Source: Eledone cirrhosa (taxonomy: Eukaryota). From it: a stretch of DNA of 64,000 nt. This document shows, one piece after another, positions 27,640-40,299 of this stretch. The notes under the pieces were generated by a model. That model saw only the letters and a program-made list of their open reading frames with translations. It did not search any database and had not been told where the DNA came from. Position 1 is the first letter of the stretch. Every line of letters starts with the position of its first letter. The position numbers and the translations under genes were made by a program. The stretch covers positions 59,024,001 through 59,088,000 of the forward strand of contig OZ024742.1 of the NCBI GenBank assembly GCA_964016885.1. Reading direction: 5' to 3'.

Positions 27640-29003
27640 GGAAACGTTCAGGCCCTAGGTAGAGGCGCCTGTTTGAAAAATATATCGCAGTCTCAATCCA
27701 ACGCTGAAAGGACTGGTGATGAACCTGCGACCTCTCCTGGGAGGCGTATGATGGAAGCTCAAAGGTTACGTATCCTGAGATCCAAGAGAGGGACTGCAAG
27801 AGAGCAAACCTTAATAATTGGTAACAGGAACGTTTCAATCCTTGCAGTCAAGAAACAGGAACTAGTAGAGGCCAGATGGCACCGGCTGAGGTGTCAACTG
27901 ACCCCCACATAGTTATCTACAACCTGAGACAACCTAAATCCAAGAGAGTCCACAAAACTTGCAGCTCCAGCTCGATCTACTGGATAAAGTGGGAAGCGCT
28001 GGCAGATAAGGAAGTCAGGACCAGGTATGCAGATACTATTGCATCCAAATTTAGAGAACTCCTAAGGACGTTCAAACGGAATGGTGACTGTTCTGCTCCC
28101 CAGTTTCTGTCTCTGCTGTTCAATGCTGCGGGAAAAAACGGCTTGGTGTGGTGCCGGGTAGCATGAGGACCTCTTCGTTCAATAAAGTGGTTAAATATCC
28201 CACCCGAGCAAAGAAGGTGGCTTACAAAGATTGAAAATAAATAATCCTTCTTGCACTTGCGATAAAAGCAGGTGCTAAACGTCGCAGCAGAGAGAGAAGG
28301 AGAGTAAAAGCATCCAAAGTTAAGATATGAGAGTACTTTGGGATTAAGCTAGAATCCGATCACAGATCAGCAAATAAAGTGATGTAATTGCAGGAGATGG
28401 TGCAGTAATGTACAAGCTTCAGCATTAGGTCATTAAAAGAACTCACTATCTTCAATTCAGTATTCGTGCCAACCCTTACTTATGGTCACAAATCTTGGGT
28501 AATGATAGAAAGAATACAATTGTTAATACAAACGGCCGAATTGGGGTTTCTGCGAAGGGTCTTTAGAGTAACGTTACTGGATTGTGTGCGTAACTCGGAG
28601 ATTAGATAGTCGCTCCTGGTAGAGCCGCTACTTCTTTGAATTGAAAGATGACAGCTCCAATATTACGGATATGAGGTGACAACGTATAATGAAATAATCA
28701 CTGGACAGATTTTACGGGCAAAACAAAACCTTGGGGTAGACCCCGAGAAAGATGGCCAGATAACATCTTTGAGCTCGGCTGGTTTTTTCGGGGATCTAGC
28801 CGGATCAATTGTAGACAGTTGCGTCTGACATGATCCGCTGGAAGGCGTACACGAGGACTCTACCCCACGACCTTCCCTGGAAGAAGAAGAAGAAGAAGAA
28901 GAAGAAGAAGAAGAGGAGGAGGAGGAGGAGGAGGAGGAGGAAGAGGAAGAAGAAGAAGAAGAAGAAGAAGAAGAAGAAGAAGAAGAAGAAGAAGAAGAAG
29001 AAG
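27640..29003 (+). mobile_element. Deleted RTE-like LINE with (GAA/GAG)n tail
   Basis: Homologous to 40830-42525. Trinucleotide tail at 28881-29003. Confidence 0.7.
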
Positions 29004-29524
29004 ATATTGCCGGAATGATATTTTGCGTTTCAATATATTATGTAGTCTGGATCGAATTGTCAGCGTTGTTAGAACGTCGAATTGAATCCTTCGCAGCATT
29101 CGTTCTGGCTCTATACTCTCTGAATTTAAATCCCGTCGAGGTCAGCTTTGTCTTTCATCCTTTCGAGGTTAGTAAGGTGACCGGGTACTGAGGCCGATTC
29201 TTCCTATATCGCTCATTTCTTATTTATCTTTTTCTACCTTCAATTTCACATCTTTCCCTATCTCTCTTAAAGAAATCACTTGGTTTAAATACCCAAAACA
29301 CACCTTTCATCAATACGGCGCCCTTACGATTCAGTAGGGAGTTAAGGGTCCTTTGTATATATTATGTACACTGACTTTTAATCCTTCCATTAGTTCATTT
29401 GTGCTTCGTTTATTTTACGAGAATCACACAACACTGTGCTATTATGATTTCTCAGCCAACTGATGACTGTGAAAAGGAAAGCTCAAAACTATCATTCATT
29501 TATAATGATAATTATATTAATAAG

Positions 29525-29965
29525 GATTTCTGATTTAGGCACAAGGCCAGCAATTTGAAGGGGAGCGGAAAGTCGTTTAAATCGACCCCAGTGCGTTACT
29601 GTTACTTTATTTTATCAACTCCGTAAGGATGAAAGGTAAAGTTAACGGCGACGGGATTTGAATTCAGAACGTAAAGGGACGTAACTATATGTCGTAAATC
29701 ATGTTGTCTGACGCTTTACCGATATTGCCAATCCATCGCCCTTAAATAAAGTTCCTGATTTAGGTACAACGCCAACAATATTTTGGGAGGGGAAAGTCGA
29801 TTACATCTACCCCAGTGCATTACTGATACTTTATTTTATCGACTCCGTAAGTACGACAGGCAAAGCTACCTCAGCGGAATTTGAAATCCGAACATATAGG
29901 CCCGTAGCTATATCCCTTAAAGCATGCTGTCCGACGCTTTGCAGATACTGCTAATCGACCGTCCC
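29525..29965 (-). mobile_element. Two tandem SINE A copies
   Basis: Consensus matches at 29525-29742 and 29750-29965. Confidence 0.8.
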
Positions 29966-30660
29966 TTTTTTAACACCACAAACAATAACAACAGTAACAA
30001 CAACAGCAACAACAACACAAACAACAACAACAACAACAACAAAAAACAAGAGCAACAATAACAACAAAGAACGAAAAGTAAACCCCAAATAATATGAATT
30101 TACAAAGGTAACTGAAATGAAGCAGAAAACGTCGTTATGACACGAAGCTCATCCGGTCTTTATTTAAGTGTTCTATGGCAAAGAAGCAACCGCGCATGCT
30201 AACTGGTTTGCAATAGAATTGTCCCGTTGTATACATTTGTAAAATGACTAGAGTTTAGTGGAATGGTACATGTTTCCAAAGTAAGACCTTTGTTTCACAT
30301 GAATAATAAATGAGTTCACACGTAAATATTGATGTCGCCGTTATTGCTGTTGTTGAACTTGAATACCAAGAATAGGTGTTCCAGAATGAGACCATCCCTT
30401 CTTATATTTGCAGACACAGCGAATCTATAACTAGATCATCGTAACGTTTCCTACCTTCTTAAGACTGCAGGGTGTAATTTGAAAGAGATATAGCTGCTAT
30501 TTCTAGGTGGTCTATCAAATTGACATATATATTCTTGTACTTCTTTATTGGATTCAGTCATCAGAAGACAGCACTGCTAAATGTATGTATGTATGTATGT
30601 ATGTATGTATGTATGTATGTATGTATGTATGTATGTATGTATGTATGTATGTATGTATGT

Positions 30661-31267
30661 CAGGTCACCAGTTGGTGCTACTGGTAACATGTATCCCAGT
30701 ACAACCTGTCTCATGGTCGGGTCGTTGGCGACTAAACTGGCAACCCCACCAAGGTTTCTTGGTGAGGAGGGTGACTTTGGACATCCTGCAGGACTAAAAA
30801 CAAAACCTGTCAAAGGGCAAAGGAACTCTTAAGAGTCAATGGCCATCCAAAATCACCAGGAGAGATGACCCCTTAGCCTTTGTCAAGGCAGAATTCTAGG
30901 AGAAGGAAAACTCTGATATAACACCTGCAACCCTGATGGTATCCAATGATGTTGACTTGGTCTTCTTTTTGGTAAATATCATCTTGGTTAAGAGAGTGGG
31001 ACTGGCTTTGTGCAGTGCCTTTGCTCACTATAAAAGCTTCACGGCACAGGCATTGCTTTATATCTGGAGATCTCTCTGCACTTGTCGTCACATTGTACCA
31101 TGGGCCCAGCACTATGTGTAAATAATTGTCACAAGTGTAGTGTTTGTACCAGAGTTTTCAAGTTGCTGGCTGGACTAAAAAGTCACACTCGTTCAGCGTA
31201 TCGGTAGGGGTTCTCCTATATGGATATAAAGTAGTGGCCGTACTCGAAAACGAGTTGGCAGCCACCA
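30661..31267 (+). mobile_element. ~600-bp RTE-derived non-autonomous element with (TATG)n tail
   Basis: RTE-like 5' UTR (GGAGAAGGAAAACTCTGATATAA) joined to a C2H2-like end (CSVC..FK.LAGLKSH). Copies at 34318 and 63243. Confidence 0.7.
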
Positions 31268-31280
31268 TGTATGTATGTAT

Positions 31281-33678
31281 GTTCTTCTGGTTTTATAATT
31301 TCACAAAGTTTTACCAATAGAGAGAGAGTCGGTTTCTAACATAGACACAAGACTCTCTCATTGGAATTTACACATCATCAACTAGGTAGATATGTATGTA
31401 TGCATGTGTAGATATGGATGTTATTGTATGTGTGCATGTGTATATGCTTTGCATCTGTACATGTGTATATGCAGTTATTAGATGCAAAATATTTGGAATG
31501 TTTTACATATTTTTACTGTTCCATTAATGGATTGTACTTGTAATTTCCTAACTAATTGTGTTCTTTCTGTTCCTCTGATGCCTAGCTTCTCAAGATCTTT
31601 TTTATGAACTGCATCGTACAGTGTTTTGGCCACTATAACATGCTCATAGTTAGATAGTACCGCGATGACATCTTTGGACAGCTGCTGATGACACGGGTGA
31701 TATCCTCGACGTTAGTTCTGCAGAGTCTGCACTTGTTATCACATCTAGGTGTTTTGCCTGCATCCCTATCTCTTTTGTGAATCAGGTATTTCGTGTTAAT
31801 CTCCTGTTCCTGGATTGCAAAAGCGTATCCTTCAAAGTAGGAGCCAATATAGCGGTTGTTGGTCCAAGATAGACTACTTTCCTTATCTATATTACTCTCG
31901 CTCTGGAGCTTCCTGGCAACATATCCATGCATGATTTTTTGCTGATAAGCATGCAGTTTTTCATCCATGGATTCACTGCGACACTGCTGAGCGACATCCC
32001 TAGGTGTGAGGTTTTTGATTATCACACAGGGAATATCTTTCGAGGAGTTCCTTCCCAACTCTCATGATCTTATCTGTTTCATGCAGATAAACTTGCTCGA
32101 GAAACGGGCTCCTTCGCTTCGAGGTTCGAAGATGTCGGAGAGATATGATGCAACATTCAAATGTTGTCTGGACTGATGTTAGGCCTCTGCCTCCCTGCTT
32201 ACGTTTCAAGTAAAGGCGGTCTATGTCACTGTTGATGTGGAAGTTGCCGGTGTTGTTCAGTATTTTTCGAGTTCCAACATCAACTGCTCGGATTTTGTCT
32301 ATCGTCCAATTGAGAATTCCAAACGTTGGTGTTAGGACAGGCACAGCAAACACATTGTGAGCCACTGTTTTGTTTTGTGCAGAGAGTTCCAATAACCAGA
32401 TCTTTTTTAATCGGGTGTAGTATTCCCTGGTTACGCGTTCTTTATAACAGATACCATTATAGGATATGTTCTCATCTATCCCCAGGTATCTGTAGCAGTC
32501 TTCATCAGATATCTGTGAAACAGTTAGGCCATTGATGACAATGTTGCTAGATTGGGTTGTTGTTTTTCCCCGCTTTACAGTCAAGTATGAGCATTTATCT
32601 TGGCCAAACTCCATTCCTATATCCTTTGAGAACGTTGTAACCAGGTCAAGATTTTTCTTCATCCCATGCATGTTCTTGGCATAGAGTTTCAGATCGTCCA
32701 CAAAGAAATTATGGGTTAGGTTCGCATTTATGTCCTCCTGTGAGCCAATGATGTATCCCTCACATTTCTTGAGCAGAAAGGACAAGGAGTTTAATGACAA
32801 GATGAATAATATCACAGAGAGACTGTCCCCTTGAAATATACCCCTGCAATATTTTATTTTATCAGTGAAAATAGAGTCCTCTCTCACTGTTTTTAACCTT
32901 AGGATAGTAGCCCAAGAAGAAGACAGCCTCTCTATGGCTCTGACAATAATGTCTGGGACTTTAGCAAGTTGGAGGGCCTCTCTCATCCAAGAGTGGGGGA
33001 ACAGAATCGAAAGGTTCAGGCAGGCTGTATACATCTTATACATCAGGTTCTGGCATGCAATGGGCCGGTAGATTTTTTGCCAAGTGGGTGTCTTTGTTCT
33101 TGGGGACCAATAATGTTTGTGCTAATGTCAACCATTCTGGTATAAGTGTATCTCCCTTAAGAACTTGTTGGTAGAGGTCAGTAAGATACCTCCAATAGAA
33201 TATCAGTTTTTTGTACCAGTAGCCGACAATCATGTCTCTTCCTGGTGTTTTCTTATCTTGGAGTTTTCCTATCACAGTCTCAAGGGTACCCTCACTTATT
33301 TCGTATGTTTTTGTTGTAGTGTAGGAGCAATAGCTGTTTCGGATTTCTCTTAGCCACACTGCATCTTGGTTGAAATTTTTCTTTTCACTCCATATTTTGC
33401 TCCAAAAGGAACCTATGTCTTTCTGAGATGGGGCCTCAGTGACACTTATTATTTTGCCCTTCATATCTCTTTAGACTGATGTTTGGTTTCGTCTGAATCT
33501 TTTATTAAGCAATTTTCTCTCATATACCTTCTTCAGGTATCGGCGTTTTTCGCTAACAGCTCTCAATTCTTGTTTGAGGGTGATCAGCTTATATTGGAGA
33601 GTTCTGGTTCTACTGTTACCAAACATCGTCTCTATTTTATTTTTCACTCTTTGTTGGTGAGGAGTGAGGTTTTTTTTT
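31281..33678 (-). mobile_element. R4/Dong-clade non-LTR retrotransposon, 5'-truncated, frameshifted, endonuclease domain deleted
   Basis: RGIFQGDSLS, FFVDDLKLY, CRLC..EDITRVISSC. About 340 bp missing near 31593 relative to the 60733 copy. Both ends lie in (TATG)n. Confidence 0.9.
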
Positions 33679-33794
33679 ATGTATGTATGTATGTATGTAT
33701 GTATGTATGTATGTATGTATGTATGTATGTATGTATGTATGTATGTATGTATGTATGTATGTGTGTATGTATATGTATGTATATGTATGTATAT

Positions 33795-34237
33795 GAGAGG
33801 GGACATAGAAATAATCGCGCTGGATACCTAATCGCGCGGTTAAACCACTGGGAGTGAAGGACCCCTAGGCCTTGTCAAAGCATTCTTCTAGGAGAAGGCA
33901 ACTCAGGAAACTGGGATAACTCTGATATAAAACCTGCGGCTCAGTAGTTACTGATAGTGTTGATCTTTCCTCACTTTAAAAAGAATCTTCACGTACGTGC
34001 AAAATTATTAATAATGTTAATTCGTGCAATGGCCATACTCGATAACGAGGGGGTAACCATCATGTATGTATGTATGTATGTATGTATGTATGTATGTATG
34101 TATGTATGTATGTATGTATGTATGTACGCAGGTATGTATGTGTATATGCATGTATAAAAATCTTCACGCACATGCAAAATTATTAATAATGTTATATCGT
34201 GCAATGGCCATACTCGATAACGAGGGAGTAGCCATCA
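33795..34237 (+). mobile_element. Short RTE-related SINE and a duplicated 3' end, each with a (TATG)n tail
   Basis: GGCCATACTCGATAACGAGGG..CATCATGTATG ends at about 34062 and 34237. Confidence 0.65.
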
Positions 34238-34317
34238 TGTATGTATGTATGTATGTATGTATGTATGTATGTATGTATGTATGTATGTATGTATGTATGT
34301 ACACACATATACATATG

Positions 34318-34833
34318 TAAGGTTTCTTGGTGAGGAGGGTGACTTTGGACATCCTGCAGGACTAAAAACAAAACCTGTCAAAGGGCAAAGGAGCTCTTAA
34401 GAGTCAATGGCCATCCAAAATCACCGGGAGAGATGACCCCTTAGCCTTTGTCAAGGCAGAATTCTAGGAGAAGGAAAACTCTGATATAACACCTGCAACT
34501 CTGATGGTATCCAATGATGTTGACTTGTTCTTCTTTTTAGTAAATATCATCTTGGTTAAGAGAGTGGGACTGGCTTTGTACAGTGCCTTTGCTCACTATA
34601 AAAGCTTCACGGCACAGGCATTGCTTTATATCTGGAGATCTCTCTGCACTTGTCGTCACATGGTACCATAGCCCTAGCACTATGTGTCAATAATTGTCAC
34701 AAGTGTAGTGTTTGTACCAGAGTTTTCAAGTTGCTGGCTGGACTAAAGTCACATTCGTTCAGCGCATCGGTAGGAGTTCTCCTACATGGATATAAAGTAG
34801 TGGCCGTACTCGAAAACGAGTTGGCAGCCACCA
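34318..34833 (+). mobile_element. 5'-truncated copy of the 600-bp RTE-derived element
   Basis: Near identical to 30751-31267. Confidence 0.85.
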
Positions 34834-35706
34834 TGTATGTATGTATGTATGTATGTATGTATGTATGTATGTATGTATGTATGTATGTATGTATGTATGT
34901 ATGTATGTATGTGTGTATGTGTGTATGTATGTATGTATGTGTGTATGTATGTATGTATGTACGCAGGTATGTATGTGTATACGCATGTATATGTTATGTA
35001 TCTCCTTCCTTTTGTATCTTCTTCCTTTACACCCGCACGCACGCACACACACACACATACACAAATCTCTCTCTCACTCTCTCTCTCTGCTTTCTCTCTC
35101 TATGTTAGTGTGTCAATAGAGTTGTGTACATGTATGTGTCTGTTTATCTCCCCATGTTCGTATACCAGTATTTATATGTAAGGTTACTTACTCCACTCTA
35201 CGTATGAGTATATTTTGTGTCAATGAATTATCCATTGATATGCATACGAACGAAAGAGTTACATCAATTTGATAAATTGATAAGCCATGTCACCAGAGCT
35301 GTTTTATTCCACATTATTCTTTTATAACATACGTGTATGTAGACTTTCCCTTCTCTAACTTCCAATCTGTCAGATATATTTTGATATGGATGAGAGATTA
35401 GAAAGAAAAAAACGTTAGTTTTGATATTCCGTTACTAAAACGTTCCATCGGTCGACATAGCACACACAAAAAAAGAAGAAATGGTGTATTTTTAACTATG
35501 AAGGAAGTCTAGGCAGAAGACGAGAACGCTGTGGGAATGTTGGTTGTGTACTGGAAACCATATTTGTTTTAGATTTTTCTTTTCCATTGTATATTATAAA
35601 CAAAATATTTTCGTTCCAAAGATTAAGAACAAGGAAGAAAGAGTAATATAAGCATTCTCTATGAAATCCAATTTGACGTTAAACTGATAAAGTTGTTTTG
35701 ACTTAC

Positions 35707-35754
35707 CTTATCAGAATCGATATGAAATCTTTGTGAAATTTCTGCAGAATAGCT
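35707..35754 (-). other. Candidate 48-nt internal exon
   Basis: Minus strand TCTTTTTTTATTTCTCAG|...AAG|GTAAGT. Two reading frames are open. Confidence 0.3.
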
Positions 35755-36224
35755 CTGAGAAATAAAAAAAGATGACACGTATATATATATATGAACATAT
35801 ATATGTGTGCATAAATATACGTGTGTGTATATGTGTATGTATATGTGTGTTTATATATATATATATACATCACACACACACACACACATATATATGTATA
35901 TATGTACATATATATATATGTGTGTGTGTGTTTGTTTGTGTGTGTGTGCGTGTGTGTGTGTATTGTGATCGACTAGTATAATAGTCATTCACGTTTCAAA
36001 TTATCTAGAAACTTCTTAGTCAACTAGTTGTTCATACTTTTAGTGTTAGGCTTAAAATCTTCTAAAATACGGCAATCAAACCCATGGGATTCCTTAGCGT
36101 AATGGTTAACGTACTCTACTGGCATCTGAGAAATGCGAGGATTCTTAATGATATTATAAAGCGCCTGAAATAGACATAATTTTTGCATTTTGTTTTATAT
36201 TTGATGGTAATTATACATCTATAT

Positions 36225-36560
36225 GAATGAAAGGCAAAGCTAACCTCGGCGGGATTTAAACTCAGAGCGGAAAGGAAGTAACTATATGCCGCAAAGCATA
36301 TTGTCCGATGTCCTACTGATACTGCCAATCCACCGCCTTATACCTCTATATAAAATAATGGTTTCTTATGTAGGCACAAGGCCAGCAATTTTTGGGGAGG
36401 CGAAAGTCGATTAAATCGACCCCAGTACGTGACTGATACTTTATTTTATCGACCCCGTACGGATGAAAGGCAAAGTTAACCTCGGCGGGATTTAAACTCA
36501 GATCATAAAGGGCCGTAACTCTATGCTGCAAAGCATGTTGTCCGGCGCTCTACCGATACT
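36225..36560 (-). mobile_element. Two tandem SINE A copies
   Basis: Consensus matches. Confidence 0.8.
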
Positions 36561-37149
36561 GTTAACATCTATATAACTGCCCTACATCTATATAAAATAA
36601 TTGTTCCTATTTAGGCACAAAAAATAATAATAACTTTACTAGTTGATTAATTGCTGGGATTCGTGTGACCGAAACTCGGATATACATTTGCCCAATAAGC
36701 GCAGTGGTCGACACCCTACAATTACGGCAGTTTAAGTGTAAGATTCTCAACGTGTCTCTATGTCAAATAATTAACGGTTTAGCATTCCCACATTCACACT
36801 ATAGGCTTCCATGAGAGGTATGTGTTGTAATCTACCTTAGTTATACCGGTAATAATTATAAAGAATAGTGCAAGAAACGAAAACTTCTATGAATTTTGAA
36901 ATTCCTTGATTATTTTCAGACATTATTTTTCGTACGTCAACTTTAGATATCTCTATATATTTGCATATGTTTCGAAATGGTCTGCAATTTGTTCATTCCA
37001 TATATATGTTTTCATCCGAAGAATTTCCTCATGGCTGTCTGTCTGTATGTATGTATGCATGTGAAGATTTTTTTTTTCAAGTGAGGAAAGTCTGCGCACT
37101 GAGCCAATCCCACTCTCTGAGCGACAGTAGCTATAATCCGAAAAGAAGA

Positions 37150-37605
37150 AAAGATCAATATCATCGGTAACTTCTGCGCCGCAGGTTTTATGTCGGAGTT
37201 ATCACAGTTTCCTGAGTTGTCTTCTCCTAGAAGAATGCCTTGACAAAGGTTGGGGGTCCATCACTCCCAGTGGTTTAACTGCGCAATCGGATATCCAGCC
37301 CGATTATTTATAAGACCCCTCGCATATACATACACAAGCATACATATATAAATACATATATACATACATATACATACACATATGTATATAAATATTTACA
37401 CATTTTCGGATGGCCGTTGGCTCTTATGAACTTTTTGTCCTGCGAAGTAAACTTGGCGGGGTTGCCGGTTTAGTCGCCGACGGCCCAACCACGCGACAGG
37501 TTGTACTGGGCTACGCACAGGCATTGTACGCTATCATTAATTGATAAGTATTAATAATGTTATAGCGTGCAATAGCCATACTCGATAACGAGGGGCAGCC
37601 GTCAT
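37150..37605. mobile_element. 5'-inverted copy of the RTE-related SINE
   Basis: 37150-37510 matches the 33795 and 30690 regions on the minus strand. 37530-37605 matches the 3' end on the plus strand. Confidence 0.65.
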
Positions 37606-38169
37606 CTATGCATATAAATAATACACTCAGAAAACAAAGCCAACAATTAACACTCGCTCTATTATGGGGGAGACAAACATACTTTCAAACTGTATTACAC
37701 AGTTTCAGTATAAGAATAAACAATAAACACTATTTTTAATATCTGCAGCGACTACAAACCCAATGCGTAATAACTACGCCAATCATCCATTCCCGCGACT
37801 AACAGATAAATTGATTTAAAAACGCTAGAATAAACTATATATAATACTAAATATAAAATACTAACTAAAAATATTTTTTATTTGCTTACCCCAAGCAAGG
37901 CAGTAAAGTCACAAAAATGCAAAGATTTGTCGAGAAAGGAGAAGGACAAGACAGAGAGAACACAATTAAATAAGAGAAAATATGACGATTGATGCTGCTT
38001 TTGAATTTTTGCAAATTGTAGTGGTCAAGAAAGCAAGAAACCAGAAGAAAATTCCATAGGCGAGATATGCGAGGGAAGAAACTATCAGAATAGAATTTGT
38101 GACTTCATTTAGGAATTTCAATTAGCCGCCAATCTGTGCTAGGTTTAAACTGATGAAGACGAGATGTGA

Positions 38170-38261
<92 letters not shown>

Positions 38262-38363
38262 ATATATAAGCAAAGATTGCGACTGGAGTGACGCAAGAGC
38301 TTAGAGTTTCGTGGCAAAGCACATGTCAGACTAGTTGAATATATATACTTATATATATATATA

Positions 38364-38440
<77 letters not shown>

Positions 38441-38524
38441 ACGTACATACATATATGTATACAGACGTACAGTCGTATGTATATATATACATACGTGCAC
38501 ACATATATATCTACCTATGGGTTT

Positions 38525-38801
38525 ACCGAACATTTATTATAATGTTCGGTTTGTTTGTAAACAAACACTCGATATGCAAATTAGGCTGCTCAGCCGTTAA
38601 TATGCATAAGGAAAGTATATACTTTCAGACGTTCAATCATCTGACAGAGAGGTATACGATGCTGACGATAGCTAAGAAGCTTGAAACTAGTACATCGTTC
38701 CTATGTCAGTGTTGAACAAAAAGGCGACGATGGTTGCCGAGCACTGTACGGCGTAATTCGGGTTGTTTATAAATAAACCGAACATTATAATAAATGTTCG
38801 G

Positions 38802-38803
<2 letters not shown>
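38525..38803 (+). mobile_element. ~280-bp insert with ~40-bp inverted ends containing an HHR
   Basis: TACCGAACATTTATTATAATGTTCGGTTT..ACAA inverted at both ends. Confidence 0.75.
38656..38698 (+). ncRNA. Minimal type I hammerhead (U-U variant)
   Basis: ACGATG-CTGACGA-T-AGCT aaga AGCT-T-GAAA-CTAG-TA-CATCGT. Confidence 0.85.
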
Positions 38804-38858
<55 letters not shown>

Positions 38859-38874
38859 TACATATATATATATA

Positions 38875-39102
38875 TAGGAAAAGAGTCAGGACTCCGACGG
38901 CTGAGCTCCGGCAGTTTCAACAGCTAGATCCGAACTAAGCCACCAGTATTATACTGGTGTCTTAGTTCGGATATAACTGTCGAAACGGCTCGAGCTCAGC
39001 CGTAGGTGTCCTGGCCGTTTTCCTATTACCCACTCTACTACTATAAGTATTGAGTACTCTGGTGCGTTGTGGTCCACCTGATATCTTACCACACCCTCTT
39101 TG

Positions 39103-39104
<2 letters not shown>
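38875..39104 (+). mobile_element. Fold-back mini-element, family G
   Basis: Arms meet at about 38950. Tail contains GTATTGAGTACTCTGGTGCG. Confidence 0.75.
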
Positions 39105-39147
<43 letters not shown>

Positions 39148-39576
39148 AACATAACCTCTCCCCACACACATACACACACACACATATATATATATACTCA
39201 CATCTACGCAAACGCACGCACATTACAATGATGGCATACTTGTTTAAGCGAATGAATAAATACAAGGAAGATACACATACTTTTACATTGATACCTAATA
39301 TAATGACAGAAGAATACCTTCAAAAGTACACAATGAAAGGTATATATGAGTACATACATATGTATACGCATACGCACGCACTTGAAAATATGTAAAAACA
39401 TGCATGCACATACACACACGTATAAATACATGGTGTATACACACAGTGTACACAAACAATAATTTGATGTTAATATAAAACTTGATATGGGTTAGTTTTT
39501 TTCGCTCACCACTAACTTTATTGTTATTTACAATATTATATGAAAATTTCCTCTCTCCCTCCTTCTCATTCTTTAT

Positions 39577-39615
<39 letters not shown>

Positions 39616-39809
39616 TACATATACATTTCTGTGCGGATGCGCTTGTGTGCACTCAAACATAACGAGGTAATTCATTTTTATAAATAAATATTTATACACT
39701 TAGAGAGCTACATATGACTCGGCACATAAACGCACATTTATAGCGACATACATATACACAGATATATACACACAAGCATGATCGTGTGTATATATATATA
39801 TATATACAA

Positions 39810-40239
<430 letters not shown>

Positions 40240-40299
40240 AAATTGGCAACAAGTAAACAAGTACGTCCGCAGTTTGCTCAGGGAGTTCTCTCAATTTGG

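Noticed and set aside
28830-29099. Poly-K/R or poly-L/P protein
   Set aside because: It is the (GAA/GAG)n tail of a LINE.
29460-29480. CTGATGA-CTGT-GAAA as a hammerhead
   Set aside because: No helix II, and no helix I or III pairing.
30558-30564. Minus-strand CTGATGA (similar isolated hits at 16262, 38150, 47011)
   Set aside because: No matching stem-GAAA-UH downstream.
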